Source: the human T2T-CHM13v2.0 reference genome, Homo sapiens
Assembly (NCBI RefSeq): GCF_009914755.1
Contig: NC_060926.1
DNA: 64,000 nucleotides
Reading direction: 5' to 3' (one strand)
Shown here: piece by piece, positions 34,867 through 46,956 of the stretch
Layout: each line of letters begins with the position of its first letter
Position numbering within the stretch: the first letter of the stretch is position 1
Made by a program: the position numbers and the translations under genes
Notes under the pieces: model-generated
Told to the model about the DNA's origin: nothing
What the model saw: only the letters and a program-made list of their open reading frames with translations
Database searches by the model: none

Positions 34867-37329
34867 GAAAAAAAGCCACCCCTCTCCCTCTCCCTCTCCC
34901 TCTCCCGCTCCCTCTCCCTCTCCCTCTCCCTCTCCACGGTCTCCCTCTCATGCGGAGCCAAAGCTGGACTGTACTGCTGCCATCTCGGCTCACTGCAACC
35001 TCCCTGCCTGATTCTCCTGCCTCAGTCTGCCAAATGCCTGCGATTGCAGGCACGCGCCGCCACGCCTGACTGGTTTTGGTGGAGACGGGGTTTCGCTGTG
35101 TTGGCCGGGCCGGTCTCCAGCCCCTAACCGCGAGTGATCCGCCAACCTCGGCCTCCCGAGGTGCCGGGATTGCAGACGGAGTCTCGTTCACTCAGTGCTC
35201 AATGGTGCCCAGGCTGGAGTGCAGTGGCGTGATCTCGGCTCACTACAACCTACACCTCCCAGCCGCCTGCCTTGGCCTCCCAAAGTGCCGAGATTGCAGC
35301 CTCTGCCCGGCCGCCACCCCGTCTGGGAAGTGAGGAGTGTCTCTGCCTGGCCGCCCATCATCTGGGATGTGAGGAGCCCCTCTGCCTGGCTGCCCAGTCT
35401 GGAAAGTGAGGAGCGTCTCCGCCCGGCCGCCATCCCATCTAGGAAGTGAGGAGCGCCTCTTCCCAGCCGCCATCACATCTAGGAAGTGAGGAGCGTCTCT
35501 GCCCGGCCGCCCATCGTCTGAGATGTGGGGAGCGCCTCTGCCCCGCCGCCCCATCTGGGATGTGAGGAGCGCCTCAGCCCGGCCGAGACCCCGTCTGGGA
35601 GGTGAGGAGCGTCTCTGCCCGGCCGCCCCGTCTGAGAAGTGAGGAGACCCTCTGCCTGGCAACCACCCCGTCTGAGAAGTGAGGAGCCCCTCCGCCCGGC
35701 AGCTGCCCCGTCTGAGAAGTGAGGAGCCTCTCCGCCCGGCAGCCACCCCATCTGGGAAGTGAGGAGCGTCTCCGCCCGGCAGCCACCCCGTCCGGGAGGG
35801 AGGTGGGGGGGGTCAGCCCCCCGCCCGGCCAGCCGCCCCATCCGGGAGGGAGGTGGGGGGTCAGCCCCCCCGTCCGGCCAGCCGTGCCGTCCGGGAGGGA
35901 GGTGGGGGGGTCAGCCCCCCGCCCGGCCAGCCGCCCCGTCCGGGAGGTGAGGGGCGCCTCTGCCCGGCTGCCCCTACTGGGAAGTGAGGAGCCCCTCGGC
36001 CCGGCCAGCCGCCCCGTCCGGGAGGGAGATGGGGGGGTCAGCCCCCCCACCCGGCCAGCCACCCCGTCCGGGAGGGAGGTGGGGGGGTCAGCCCTCCGCC
36101 CGGCCAGCCGCCCCGTCTGGGAGGTGAGGGGCGCCTCTGCCCGGCCGCCCCTACTGGGAAGTGAGGAGCCCCTCTGCCCGGCCAGCCGCCCCTTCCGGGA
36201 GGGAGGTGGGGGGGTCAGCCCCCCGCCCGGCCAGCCGCCCTGTCCGGGAGGGAGGTGGGGGGGTCAGCCCTCCGCCCGGCCAGCCGCCCTGTCTGGGAGG
36301 TGAGGGGCGCCTCTGCCCGGCCACCCCTACTGGGAAGTGAGGAGCCCCTCTGCCCGGCCAGCCGCCCCGTCCGGGAGGGAGGTGGGGGGGTCGGCCCCCC
36401 GCCCGGCCAGCCGCCCCGTCCGGGAGGGAGGTAGGGGGGGCCAGCCCCCCTGCCCGGCCAGCCGCCCCGTCCGGGAGGTGAGGGGCGCCTCTGCCCGGCC
36501 GCCCCTACTGGGAAGTGAGGAGCCCCTCTGCCCGGCCAGCCGCCCCTTCCGGGAGGGAGGTGGGGGGGGGTCAGCCCCCCCGCCCGGCCAGCCGCCCCGT
36601 CCGGGAGGTGAGGGGCGCCTCTGCCCGGCCGCCCCTACTGGGAAGTGAGGAGCCCCTCTGCCCGGCCAGCCACCCCGTCCGGGAGGGAGGTGGGGGGGGT
36701 CAGCCCCCCTGCCCGGCCAGCTGCCCCGTCCGGGAGGTGAGGGGCGCCTCTGCCCGGCCGCCCCTACTGGGAGGTGAGGAGCCCCTCTGCCTGGCCACCA
36801 CCCCGTCTGGGAGGTGTGCCCAACAGCTCATTGAGAATGGGCCAGGATGACAATGGCGGCTTTGTGGAATAGAAAGGCGGGAAAGGTGGGGAAAAGATTG
36901 AGAAATCGGATGGTTGCCGTGTCTGTGTAGAAAGAAGTAGACATGGGAGACTTTTCATTTTGTTCTGCACTAAGAAAAATTCCTCTGCCTTGGGATCCTT
37001 ACCCCCAACCCTGTGCTCTCTGAAACATGTGCTGTATCCACTCAGGGTTAAATGGATTAAGGGCGGTGCAAGATGTGCTTTGTTAAACAGATGCTTGAAG
37101 GCAGCATGCTCGTTAAGAGTCATCACCACTCCCTAATCTCAAGTAATCAGGGACACAAACACTGCGGAAGGCCGCAGGGTCCTCTGCCTAGGAAAACCAG
37201 AGACCTTTGTTCACTTGTTTATCTGCTGACCTTCCCTCCACTATTGTCCCATGACCCTGCCAAATCCCCCTCTGTGAGAAACACCCAAGAATTATCAATA
37301 AAAAAAAAATTAAAAAAAAAAAAAAAAAA
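34867..37329 (+). mobile_element. Full-length SVA retrotransposon (probably SVA_F), antisense within CFAP210 intron 1
   Basis: (CCCTCT)n 34880-34933, Alu-like domain, GC-rich VNTR about 35300-36815, SINE-R, AATAAA at 37297 and poly(A). TSD AAGTTTTCTTCT at 34855-34866 and 37328-37339. Subfamily inferred from recalled diagnostics (ggttttggtggag, aagtaatcagg). Confidence 0.95.
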
Positions 37330-38482
37330 GTTTTCTTCTAATAGTTTTATAGTTCTAGTTTTTATATTTAGTTATATGATTCATTTCAAACTAATATTTG
37401 TATGTGGTGTGAGGTGTCTATAAATTTGGGAGTCAAAATTCATTATTTTGCATATGGATATCCACTTATCCCGGCACCATTTGTTAAAAATTCTACTCTT
37501 TCCCCATTGCATTAACATTCTTGTCAAAACCCACTTAGTATAGATGTATGGGTTTATTTCATTATTTCTATTACACTCATCTATATGTCTTTCCTTAAGC
37601 CAACACCACAATCTCTTGGTGACTGTAGTTTTTTTTATTGTTTTTAGAAACAGGGTCTCTCTATGTAGCCCTGGCTGGAGTGCAGTGGCTATTCATAAGC
37701 ACAACCATTGTGCACTACACCCTCAAACTCCCGGTCTCAAGTGATCCTTCTGGCCACAACCACCTGAGTAGCTGGGACTATAGGTGCACATTCCCATGTC
37801 CAGCCAATGAATGTAGCTTTGTAGTAAGTCTTAATATCATGAAGCGTGAGTCCTCCTACTTATTAATATTTCTTCAGATTCAAAATTGTTTTAGCTATTC
37901 TATTGTCCTTTTCATTTCCATATGAATTCTAAGATCAGCTTGTCAATATCAACAAAAAAGCCAAGTAGAATTTTGATAGGAATTGTGTTGAATGTGTAGA
38001 TCAATTTGGGAAGTATTGCCATCTGTCTTAGTCCATTTTCTGTTGCTATAACAGAATATCTGAAACTAGATAATTTATAAAGAACAGGATTTTATTTCTT
38101 AGAATTATAGAGGCTCAGAAGTGCAAGGTTGAGGGGCTGCATTTGGTGAGGGCTTTCTTGCTGGTAAGGTCTCTCTGCAGAGTCTGGAAGTAATGCAGGG
38201 CATCATATGGCAAGGGGGCTGAGGATGCTAGCTCAGGTCTCTCTTCCTCTTCTTATGAAGCCAACAGTCTCAATTCCAGCATAAGCCATTAATCCATTCA
38301 CAGCAAGACCCCATTTCTAATCCATTCATGAAAGCAGATCCCTCATGACCCAATCACTTCTTAAAGGCCCCACCTCTCAATACTGTCATTTTGGGAATTA
38401 ATTTTCAACATGAGTTTTGAAGGGGACAAATATTCAAACCATCTTAACAATACTAAATCTCCCAGCCCATTAACATGAAATA

Positions 38483-40858
38483 TGTATTAGTATATTTTCA
38501 TGCTGCTGATAAAGACATACCTGAGACTGGAGAGAAAAAAAGGTTTAGTTGGACTTACAGTTCCACATGGCTGGGGAGGCCTCAGAATCATGGTGAGAGG
38601 CGAAAGGCACTTCTTACATGGTGGCAGCAAGAGAAAACGAGGAAGAAGCAAAAGCGGAAGTCCCTGATAATCCCATCAGATCTCATGAGACGTATTCACT
38701 ATTATAAGAATGGCATGGTAAAGACCAGCCCCCATGATTCAATTACCTCTCCCTGGGTCCCTCCCACAACGTGTAGGAATTCTGGGAGATACAATTCAAG
38801 TTGAGATTTGGGTGGGGACACAGCCCAACCATATCATTCTGCCCCTGGCCCCCTCTAAATCTCATGTCCTCACATTTCAAAACCAATCATGCCTTCACAA
38901 CAGTCCCCCAAAGTCTTAACTCATTTCAGCATTAACCCAAAAGTCCATAGTCCAAAGTCTCATTTGAGACAAGGCAAGTCCCTTCTGCCTATGAGCCTGT
39001 AAAATGAAAAGCAAGCTAGTTACTTCCTAGATACGATAGGGGTACAGGTATTGGGTAAATACAGCCATTCCAAATGGGAGACATTGGCCAAAACAAAGGG
39101 GCTGCAGGACCCATGCAAGTCCAAAATCCAGCAGGACAATCAAATTTTAAAGCTCCAAAATGATCTCCTTTGACTCTAGGTCTCACATTCAGGTCACGCT
39201 GATGCAAAAGGTGGGGACCCATGGCCTTTGGCAGTTCTGCCCCTGTGGCCTTGCAGGGTACAGCCTCCCTCCTGGCTGCTTTCACGGACTGGCATTGAGT
39301 GTCTGCGGCTTTTCCAGGCGCATGGTGCAAGCTGTCAGTGGATCCACCATGCTGGGGTCTGAAGGACGGTGGCCCTCTTCTCACAGCTCCACTAGATAAT
39401 GCCCCATTAGGGACTCTACGTGGGAGCTCCGGCCCCACAATTCCCTTCTGCATTGCCCTAGCAGAGGTTCTCCATGAGGGCCCTGCCTGGACATCCAGGC
39501 ATTTCCATACATCTTCTGAAATCTAGGTGGAGGTTCCCAAACCTCAATTCTTGACTTCTGTGCACCTACAGGCTCAACACCATGTGGAAGCTGCCAAGGC
39601 TTGGGGCTTCCACCCTCTGAAGCCACAGCATGAGCTCTACATTGGCCCCTTTCAGCCATGGCTGGAGCAGCTGGGACACAGGGCACCAAGTCTATAGGCT
39701 GCACACAGCACAGGGACCCTGGTCCTGGCCCATAAAACCATTTTTTCCTCCTGGATCTCTGGGCCTGTGACAGGAGGGGCTGCTGTGAAGGTCTCTGACA
39801 TGGCCTGGAGACATTTTCCCCATGGTCCTGGGGATTAACATTAGGCTTCTTGATGCTTATGCAGATTTCTGCAGCTGGCTTGAATTTCTCCCCAGAAAAC
39901 TGGTTTTTCTTTTCTATTGCATAGTCAGGCTACAAATTTTCTGAATTTTTATGCTCTGTTTCCCTTTTGAAACTGAATGCTCTTAACAGTACCCAACTCA
40001 CCTCTTGAATGCTTTGCTGCTTAGAAATTTCTTCTGCCAGATCAGGCTACAAATTTTCTGAATTTTTATGCTCTGTTTCCCTTTTAAAACTGAATGCCCT
40101 TAACAGTATCCAACTCACCTCTTGAATGCTTTGCTGCTTAGAAATTTCTTCTGCGAGGTACCCTAAATCATCTTTCTCAAAGTTCCACAAATCTCTAGGG
40201 CAGAGGTAAAATGACGCTAGTCTTTTTGCTAAAACATAGCAAGAATCACCTTTACTCCAGTTTCCAGAAAGTTCCTCATCTCCATCTGAGACCATCTCAG
40301 CCTGCATTTTATTGTCCATGTCGCTATCAGCATTTTGGTCAAAGGCATTCAACAAGTCTCTAGGAAGTTCCAAACTTTCCCACATTTTCCTGTCTTCTTC
40401 TGAGCTCTTCAAACTGTTCCAATCTCTGCCTGTTACCCAGTGCCAAAGTCGCTTCCACATTTTCAGTTATCTTTTCAGCAATGCCCCACTCTGCTGGTAC
40501 CAATTTACTGTATTAGTCCGTTTTCACACTGCTGATAAAGACATACCTAAGACTGGGAAAAAGAGGTTTAGTTAGACCTACAGTTCCACATGGCTGGGGA
40601 GGCCTCAGAATCATGGCAGGAGTTGAAAGACACTTCTTACATGGTGGTGGCAAGAGAAAATGAGGAAGAAGCAAAAGTGGAAATCCCTGATAAACCCATT
40701 GATCTCATAAGACTTAATTACTATCACAAGAATAGCACGGGAAAGACTGGCCCCCATGATTCAAATATCTCCCCCTGGGTCCCTCCCACAACTCATGGGA
40801 ATTTTGGGAGATACAATTCAAGTTGAGATTTGGGTCAGGACACATCCAAACTATATCA
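38483..40858 (-). mobile_element. Full THE1 MaLR element (LTR 38483-38836, internal region, LTR 40509-40858)
   Basis: Two similar LTRs running tgtattagt...atatca; THE1-int between them with remnant ORF 40047..40460; inserted in an L1. Confidence 0.9.
39925..40158. repeat. 117-bp tandem duplication within THE1-int
   Basis: 39925-40041 versus 40042-40158, about 5 mismatches. Confidence 0.9.
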
Positions 40859-42160
40859 AGATGTCTTTCCATTTATTTATATCTTTAATTTTTTCAATAA
40901 TGTTTTGTAGTTTTTTAAAGGGTAAATTTTTGCTTATTCCTAAGTATTTTTCTTTAGAAATAAAAACTTTTCCTAAGTATTTTGGTGCTATTGTAAATGG
41001 AATTGTTTTCTTAAGTTCATCATCAGATTCTTCATTGCAAGTGTACAGAAATACCATTTTGTAAACTGATCATCTTTCAATGCCACTAAACTTTATTAGA
41101 TCTTATAAATGTTTAGTACATTCTTTAGGATTTTTAATATAGAATATCATGTCATCTGTGAATATAGAAAGTTTTATTTCTTCCTTTCCAATCTGGATGG
41201 CCTTTTGTTTTGCTTGCCTAAATGCCATGGCTAGAATTTCCAGTATGATGTTAAACAGAAGTGACGAAAGCAGGCATACTTTTCTTTTCCTGATCAGGGT
41301 TTCAGTCTATCACCATTAACTATGATGTTAGCTATGGGCTTTTCATAGGTCTCCTTCATCAGGTTAAGAAAATTCCCTTCTATTCCCAGTTTGTTGTTTT
41401 TATCATAAATGGATGTTAGATTTGTCAAATGTTTTTTCTATTAGGATAATCATGTAGTTTTGTTCCTTATTCTATTTACACAGTGTACTACATTAATTGT
41501 TTTTAAACCAACCTTGCATTCTTGGGATAAATACCACTTGGTCATGGTATATAATAATTTTTTATATGTTGTTGGATTTGGTTTGCTAGTATTTTATTTA
41601 ATTAATTAACTTATTTTTTGAGATGGGGTCTTACTATGTTGCCCAGGCTGGAGCGCAGTGGCTATTTACAAGTGTGACCATAGCACATTACAGCCTCAAA
41701 TTCCTGGCCTCAAGTGGTCCTCCCACTTCAGCCTCCCAAGTAGCTGGGAGGTGTGTGCCACATCTAGCTGATGTGCTAAAACTATGTTGAAGATTTTTGC
41801 ATCTCTATTCATAAAGGATAATGATCTATAGTTTTCTTGTGATATCTTTGTCTGATGTTGGTATCAGGGTAATACTGCCTTTATAGAATGAGCTGGAAAG
41901 TGCTCCTTCCTCTTATTTTTTAAAAAGTTTTTGAAGGATTTATGTTAATATTTCATTAAAAATTTAGTAGAATTAGCCAATGAAGCCATCTGGTACCCAG
42001 TTTTTCTTTGTGAGAATTTTTTCAATTAATAATTGAAGGTGGGATCACCTGAGGTCAGGAGTTTGAGACACGCCTGGCCAACATGGCGAAACCCCATCTC
42101 TACTAAAAGTACAAAAATTAACCAGGTGTGGTGGCGGGTGCCTGTAATCCCAGCTACTCA

Positions 42161-42265
<105 letters not shown>

Positions 42266-43036
42266 TCAAAAAAAAAAAAAAAAGAATTCTTGAAGACTTT
42301 TTCTTTCAGTAATTTGAATATATTAGCCTGCTGCCCCTGGACTCCATAATTTCTTATAAGAAATTTGTTGTTAATCTTATTGAGGATTACTTTTATGTAA
42401 TGTCATTTCTCTTTTGTGCTTTCAAGATTTTCTCTGTCTTTAGCTTTCAACAGTTTGATCATGATGTGTACAGCTGTTGATCTCTTTGAGTTGAGTTTAC
42501 CATACTTAGAGGATCACTGAGCCTTTTGATTGTGTGATGTTTTTCATCAAATTTGGAAAGCTTTTGGCCATTAATTCTTCAAATTTTTCTACCCCTTTCT
42601 CTGCTCTTTTTCTTCCAGAACTCGAGTTACATTTATGTTGGCATATTTGCTGGTGCCCTACATTTCTCTGAAGATCTGCTCATTTTTCTTCATTCTTTTA
42701 TCTTTTTTTCTTTCTCATTATTCTGAGACTGAATAATCTCAATTGACTTATCTTCAAGTTCACTGATTATGTCTTCTGCAAGTTCAAATCAGCTATTGAT
42801 CCCTCTAGTTAATTTTTTAATTCAGTTATTGTGCTTTTCTACTCCAACATTTCTGTTCAGTTCCTTTTTATAATTTTTTTAAATATTCATTGATATCCTC
42901 TATTTGGTAAGACAACATTCTTAATACTTTTCTATAGTTCTTTAGACTTTTGTTTTAGTTCTTTAAATATATTTACAATAGCTATAAATTTACAAAAGTT
43001 TGTATCTAGTAAATCCAACATCTGGGCTTACAACAA

Positions 43037-43245
43037 CTGCAACTGCACAGTTTTAGGTCAGTTGAGGGGGCAGTCTCTGATTTCCTATCTTTTGTCCACC
43101 CCTACTTCTGTAGACATCCTCCCCGCCACTTCCACTCCCCCTTTCCCTCTTCCACCCATTCAACTGAGCACAAAATGGCCAGACTTCCACAGAGCCAAAA
43201 GATGATTATTGAGGATGCTTTCAACTTGGTGGAGTCCATTTCAAA
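43037..43245 (+). repeat. About 210-bp diverged direct copy of 45557-45767 inserted in an old L1
   Basis: About 87% identity by manual alignment; interrupts the L1 at ...aacatctgggctt / gacactttctattga. Confidence 0.92.
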
Positions 43246-43851
43246 GACACTTTCTATTGAAACCTTTTTCTTGTGTTTGGGTCATACTTTATTTCTTTTC
43301 ATCTTTCATAATTTTTATTAAAAACTGTACATATATGTGTCAACTCTGGAAATCAGATTTCTACATACACCCAAAGTTTCTCATTCCTGCTGTTGTTGTT
43401 TGTTTCAGGACTTCTCTGAACCAATTCTGTAGTCTGTATTCTTTGTCACATGTGGCCACTGGAGTCACTGCAGTCTCTGGTTTGCTTAGTGGTCAGCTAA
43501 TAACTAGACAGACATATCTTTGGATGACTGGAACTAACAAGTCTCCCAGTCTTTGCCAAAGGACTGTCTATGAGTATTAAGGCATGCCTTCAATGCTCGG
43601 GCAGGCAATTTACAACTCCATCTTAGCCTCTACTTCTTTCTTAAACAGAGTCTCAAGGTAAGTCATAGGTGAGAGGCATTTGCAGGTCTTTCCTGGGCAT
43701 ATACATAGCTCTATGCATGCACTTGGCCTTCTAGATTCCCAGGAATATGTCAGGAGCTTTCCAAAGCCCCCTATGGACATATCACTTCCCAACTGATCCT
43801 TTTAAGATTTTCGGTCAGCTTGTTGTTTGCCTCCCAACTGTATCACTGCCT

Positions 43852-44044
43852 GCCTGTTTCATGCCGTTATAACAGAATACCTGAGACTCGGTAATTCATA
43901 AGGAATAGAAATTTATTGGCTTATGGTTCTGGAGGCTGAGAAAGCTAGTATCGAGGTGCCAGCATCTGGCAGGGGCCTTCTTGCCGCATCATAACATGAT
44001 GGAAGGCATTACATGGCAAAAGGGCAAAGAGAGGGCAACAGGCG

Positions 44045-44090
<46 letters not shown>

Positions 44091-44270
44091 ACACAGAGAC
44101 AGAGAGAGAGAGAGAGAAAGAAGAGGGCCAACTTTCCCACTTTTATAATGAACCCATTCCCCAGATAATGGCATTAATCCCTTTACTCTGCCCTCATGGC
44201 CTATCACCTCTCATTAGTCCCTACCTTCCAACATTTTTACATTGGGGATTAAGTTCCCACACATGCCTCT
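43852..44270 (-). mobile_element. MST/MLT LTR containing a (CA)n(GA)n microsatellite (44050-44117)
   Basis: aacagaatacctgagact..ggtaatt..ataag; ggggattaagtt. Confidence 0.7.
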
Positions 44271-45172
44271 GATAGCTGTGATATTTAAAATTGCCACTGA
44301 ACATTTGACAAACATACTTGGTGAGTTTGAAGTCAGACTAAATAACAATAAGCCTCATGAGTGAGATTTTCCAAGGAACTATCAGACATGTCGAATAATA
44401 ACAGTTGTCTGGCTTTGGAGTGGGTCAAATTCTGTTTTGTCCCCTCTACCAGTTGCTAAGTCACTATTTTTCACTGTGATTACTGTGGTTATCTAGGCTG
44501 ACACGGGGCTGGGAGAAAAGTATAGGACTATGGCAAGTTAAAATGCCAAAAACCTTGCTGTTGTTACAAAAATCCAGCTGTTTTTCTTTAGTAAACACTC
44601 TACAAATTGTTGCAAGCCTTTGGTTAATTTCCAGAGTTCTGAAAAAGTCGATATTGATGATTTTTGCCACTGTTCTTGTTGATTTTATGGAGGAGAGGAT
44701 TTCAGGCATAGATCCTATTTCACCATTCTGGCTGATGTCATCCCACTAAATCTTTATAAATTATTTATTTTACTAATAGCTGCACACATCTCTGAACCTC
44801 TCTCCAACTTAGCCTTCCCCTAAAAATGGAGATTAAAATTTAGCAGTGAGGCTCAGATGGAAGCTTTTGAGCTAGTTGCCACAAAACATTATTTAACAAC
44901 TATTAGGTAAATCTAAACCAGGTAGTGCAGAAATGCATATGCAGGAAAGTGAATGTGTGGGACTAATTGTGCTTTTCCAAAACTGGCCATGTTGGTACTG
45001 TTTCTTTCCTTTTACATGGCAAAAGTCCGCTGCTAACCTCATAAAACCTCCACTGCATAAATATCCACTAGTGAAGAATGACTGGCTGTCACTCTGCATC
45101 TGGTGCAGGGGGCACTATTGCTACAGAAGCTCGGGCAATGACATGAAGATACTTCAAATTGCCAAAGTTCTA

Positions 45173-45189
45173 GTTGTCACCATGACAAC
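45173..45189. promoter_or_regulatory. Candidate intronic RFX X-box (GTTGTCACCATGACAAC)
   Basis: Palindromic; GTCACCATGACAAC has one mismatch to the X-box consensus; about 0.7 kb into CFAP210 intron 1. Confidence 0.45.
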
Positions 45190-45862
45190 ATTAATTGCTA
45201 ATTTACAGACGTAAGAAACTGTTGTAGCTAGAATTGATAGAGTTCTTTAGAAGTCTATTTCTATTCCAAAATCAAATTGTTATAACAGGTCACCTGAATT
45301 ACAGTACTTTATGTCGCACGATTTTTTTTTAACTCTCTAAAAGCATTTGACTTAGAGAGAGACCTTATATTTACTTTAGAGAGGAGGAAATGGAGATATT
45401 TCCTTCAGAGACTTTTAGTAAAGACCAATCAGCAGGTTTGCAGAAGAGCCAAGCCTCTAAAGAGGTGACTTATATTTCCAAGAGATATTCCAATTCAATC
45501 AGTGAATAACAAACTTTAAGCGTGCGGGAAATTTAACAAAACCCAGACTCTCAGAGCTGCAACTGCGCAGTTTTAGGTCAGCTGGGGGTGGGGGTCTCTG
45601 ATTTCCTATCTTTTCTCCACCCCTATTTCTGTAAACATTCTCCCACCCACTTCCACTCCCCGTTTCCCTCCTTCACCCATTCACCTGAGGGCAAGACGGC
45701 CTAACTTCACACAGAGCCCAAAGATGCTTATTGAGGATGCTTTCGACCTGGTGGAGTCCATTTCAAAAGGCAACTGAAGCCCTCATTCGGCATCCTCGCC
45801 TCTCACTCCATGCCGGGGGTCCAGAAACAATCCCTGTCCCTGGATAGGTCAGTTTAGCTCAC

Positions 45863-45929
45863 CTGTACTTTCCTTCGCCCGTCCACAGCGCCGTCCAAAC
45901 CGTACCAGCATCTCTGACGAGGTGTCCAT
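45863..45929 (-). CDS. CFAP210: CFAP210/CCDC173 coding exon 1 (MDTSSEMLVRFGRRCGRAKEST + 1 nt)
   Basis: ATG at 45929 in an ACCATGG Kozak context inside a CpG island; G|GTGAGC donor at 45862; 67 nt, phase 1, matches exon 2. N-terminus recognised as CCDC173. Confidence 0.93.
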
Positions 45930-46450
45930 GGTGCTCCTAGATCTGGAAAAGTGACTGTGGCGCCAAGCGCCGCGGACGCCAGCCGGTGGAGTTGTTACTC
46001 GTACCACGCGGTTGCTTGGCAACGCCGCCGGAAGTGACGCCAGCCGTCGCCGAGAAACAAGGGAGGTGCTGCAGTTGGCGGTCGGGCTAGAGAAGAGAGG
46101 CGCCTGCGCTTGCGAGCTGGGCTTGTGAGTGGGGCTGCCGGGAGGGCAGGCGTGGGGCGAGGCCAAAGGACTGAACCCGCAGGAGCGTCACGGGCGCCGG
46201 GGCGGCTGCCGACGGCGGGACTGGGTCAGTGAGAAGCCCGTGGGCCCCCGCCCTGCCTGCTACTCCCATCCCCACCTGCGCGCTCCCCATGGGGGACGAC
46301 CCCCGATTGGGTCCGATGCCTACCCTCGGGGTGGAGCCGGCAGGTGTGTGAGCGCGCGAGGCCTAGGCGTGGTGTGTGCGTCCGCAGATCTCCTCGCGGG
46401 TGGAGTGTGAGGAGCAAAGCCCTCCCTTAACTATAAAAACCCGCGGATTC
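45870..46450. promoter_or_regulatory. CpG-island bidirectional promoter shared by CFAP210 (-) and PHOSPHO2 (+)
   Basis: Only non-repeat CpG-dense stretch in the window, lying between divergent first exons. Contains X-box GTTGCTTGGCAAC (46011-46023), ETS-CRE composite CCGGAAGTGACG (46028-46039), degenerate X-box GTCGCCGAGAAAC (46046-46058) and NRF1-type GCGCCTGCGC (46100-46109). Confidence 0.88.
46050..46224 (+). other. PHOSPHO2: PHOSPHO2 non-coding exon 1 (start approximate; alternative donor after 46124)
   Basis: Donors TGG|gtcagt (46225) and CTT|gtgagt (46125) within the CpG island; the TSS cannot be placed from sequence alone. Confidence 0.6.
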
Positions 46451-46816
46451 GCTGACATAAACGCTGTTTTTTTAATCCTTTGGTTTCTGAGGCATGGTCA
46501 GGACTAGATGGGGCCAAGTTTTTTAAAAATAGGAATGTTAAAACGTAATGATATGCTTAGAATATTTACGTTAGGACCTTTGAGATATTTTAAATTTCTT
46601 GGTAAATACATGACCACAGAAATCTGTTAGGAGTAGCTGCGCGTTTGGTTTCAAAAGATGCTTTTCTAACACATTGATGTACAGATAACTTCATTACTAA
46701 CAAGTTGGCTCTGACGTGTACACATAATGCACCAAATTGGAGTCTCTCAAAATGAAAGAACAAAAAGATTTTTAATAACGAATGTTCTAACACATAGTCG
46801 TGCTATTTTTCTTTAG

Positions 46817-46849
46817 GTTTTCTATCAGATGTTCCACGTAATAATGCTG
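46817..46849 (+). other. PHOSPHO2: PHOSPHO2 33-nt 5'UTR exon 2
   Basis: tttttctttag acceptor and CTG|gtaagt consensus donor. Confidence 0.7.
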
Positions 46850-46956
46850 GTAAGTATGGAATAATTAAGAAAATATTTGAAGACAGAAATTAGTTTGTGC
46901 ACATACAGCGCTGGTAGGTTTTTGGAACTATACCTTAAAAAGTGTCAAGAACTGGG

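Noticed and set aside
35300-36815. Regularly repeated GC-rich units superficially like a CRISPR array
   Set aside because: This is the SVA VNTR: no unique spacers, no cas genes, eukaryotic context.
34826-37423. Many overlapping 80-194 aa Gly/Pro/Arg-rich ORFs
   Set aside because: Artefacts of the stop-poor SVA VNTR and Alu-like domains.
39925-40158. 117-bp tandem duplication in THE1-int, plus smaller ones near 14503, 31077 and 32372
   Set aside because: Ordinary slippage-type tandem duplications with no functional cue.
39016-40460. 100-145 aa ORFs
   Set aside because: Remnants of the THE1 internal region, common to MaLR copies.
45849-46166. 105-aa ORF extending CFAP210 exon 1 upstream
   Set aside because: Non-ATG start running through the promoter; the in-frame ACCATGG at 45929 is the credible start.
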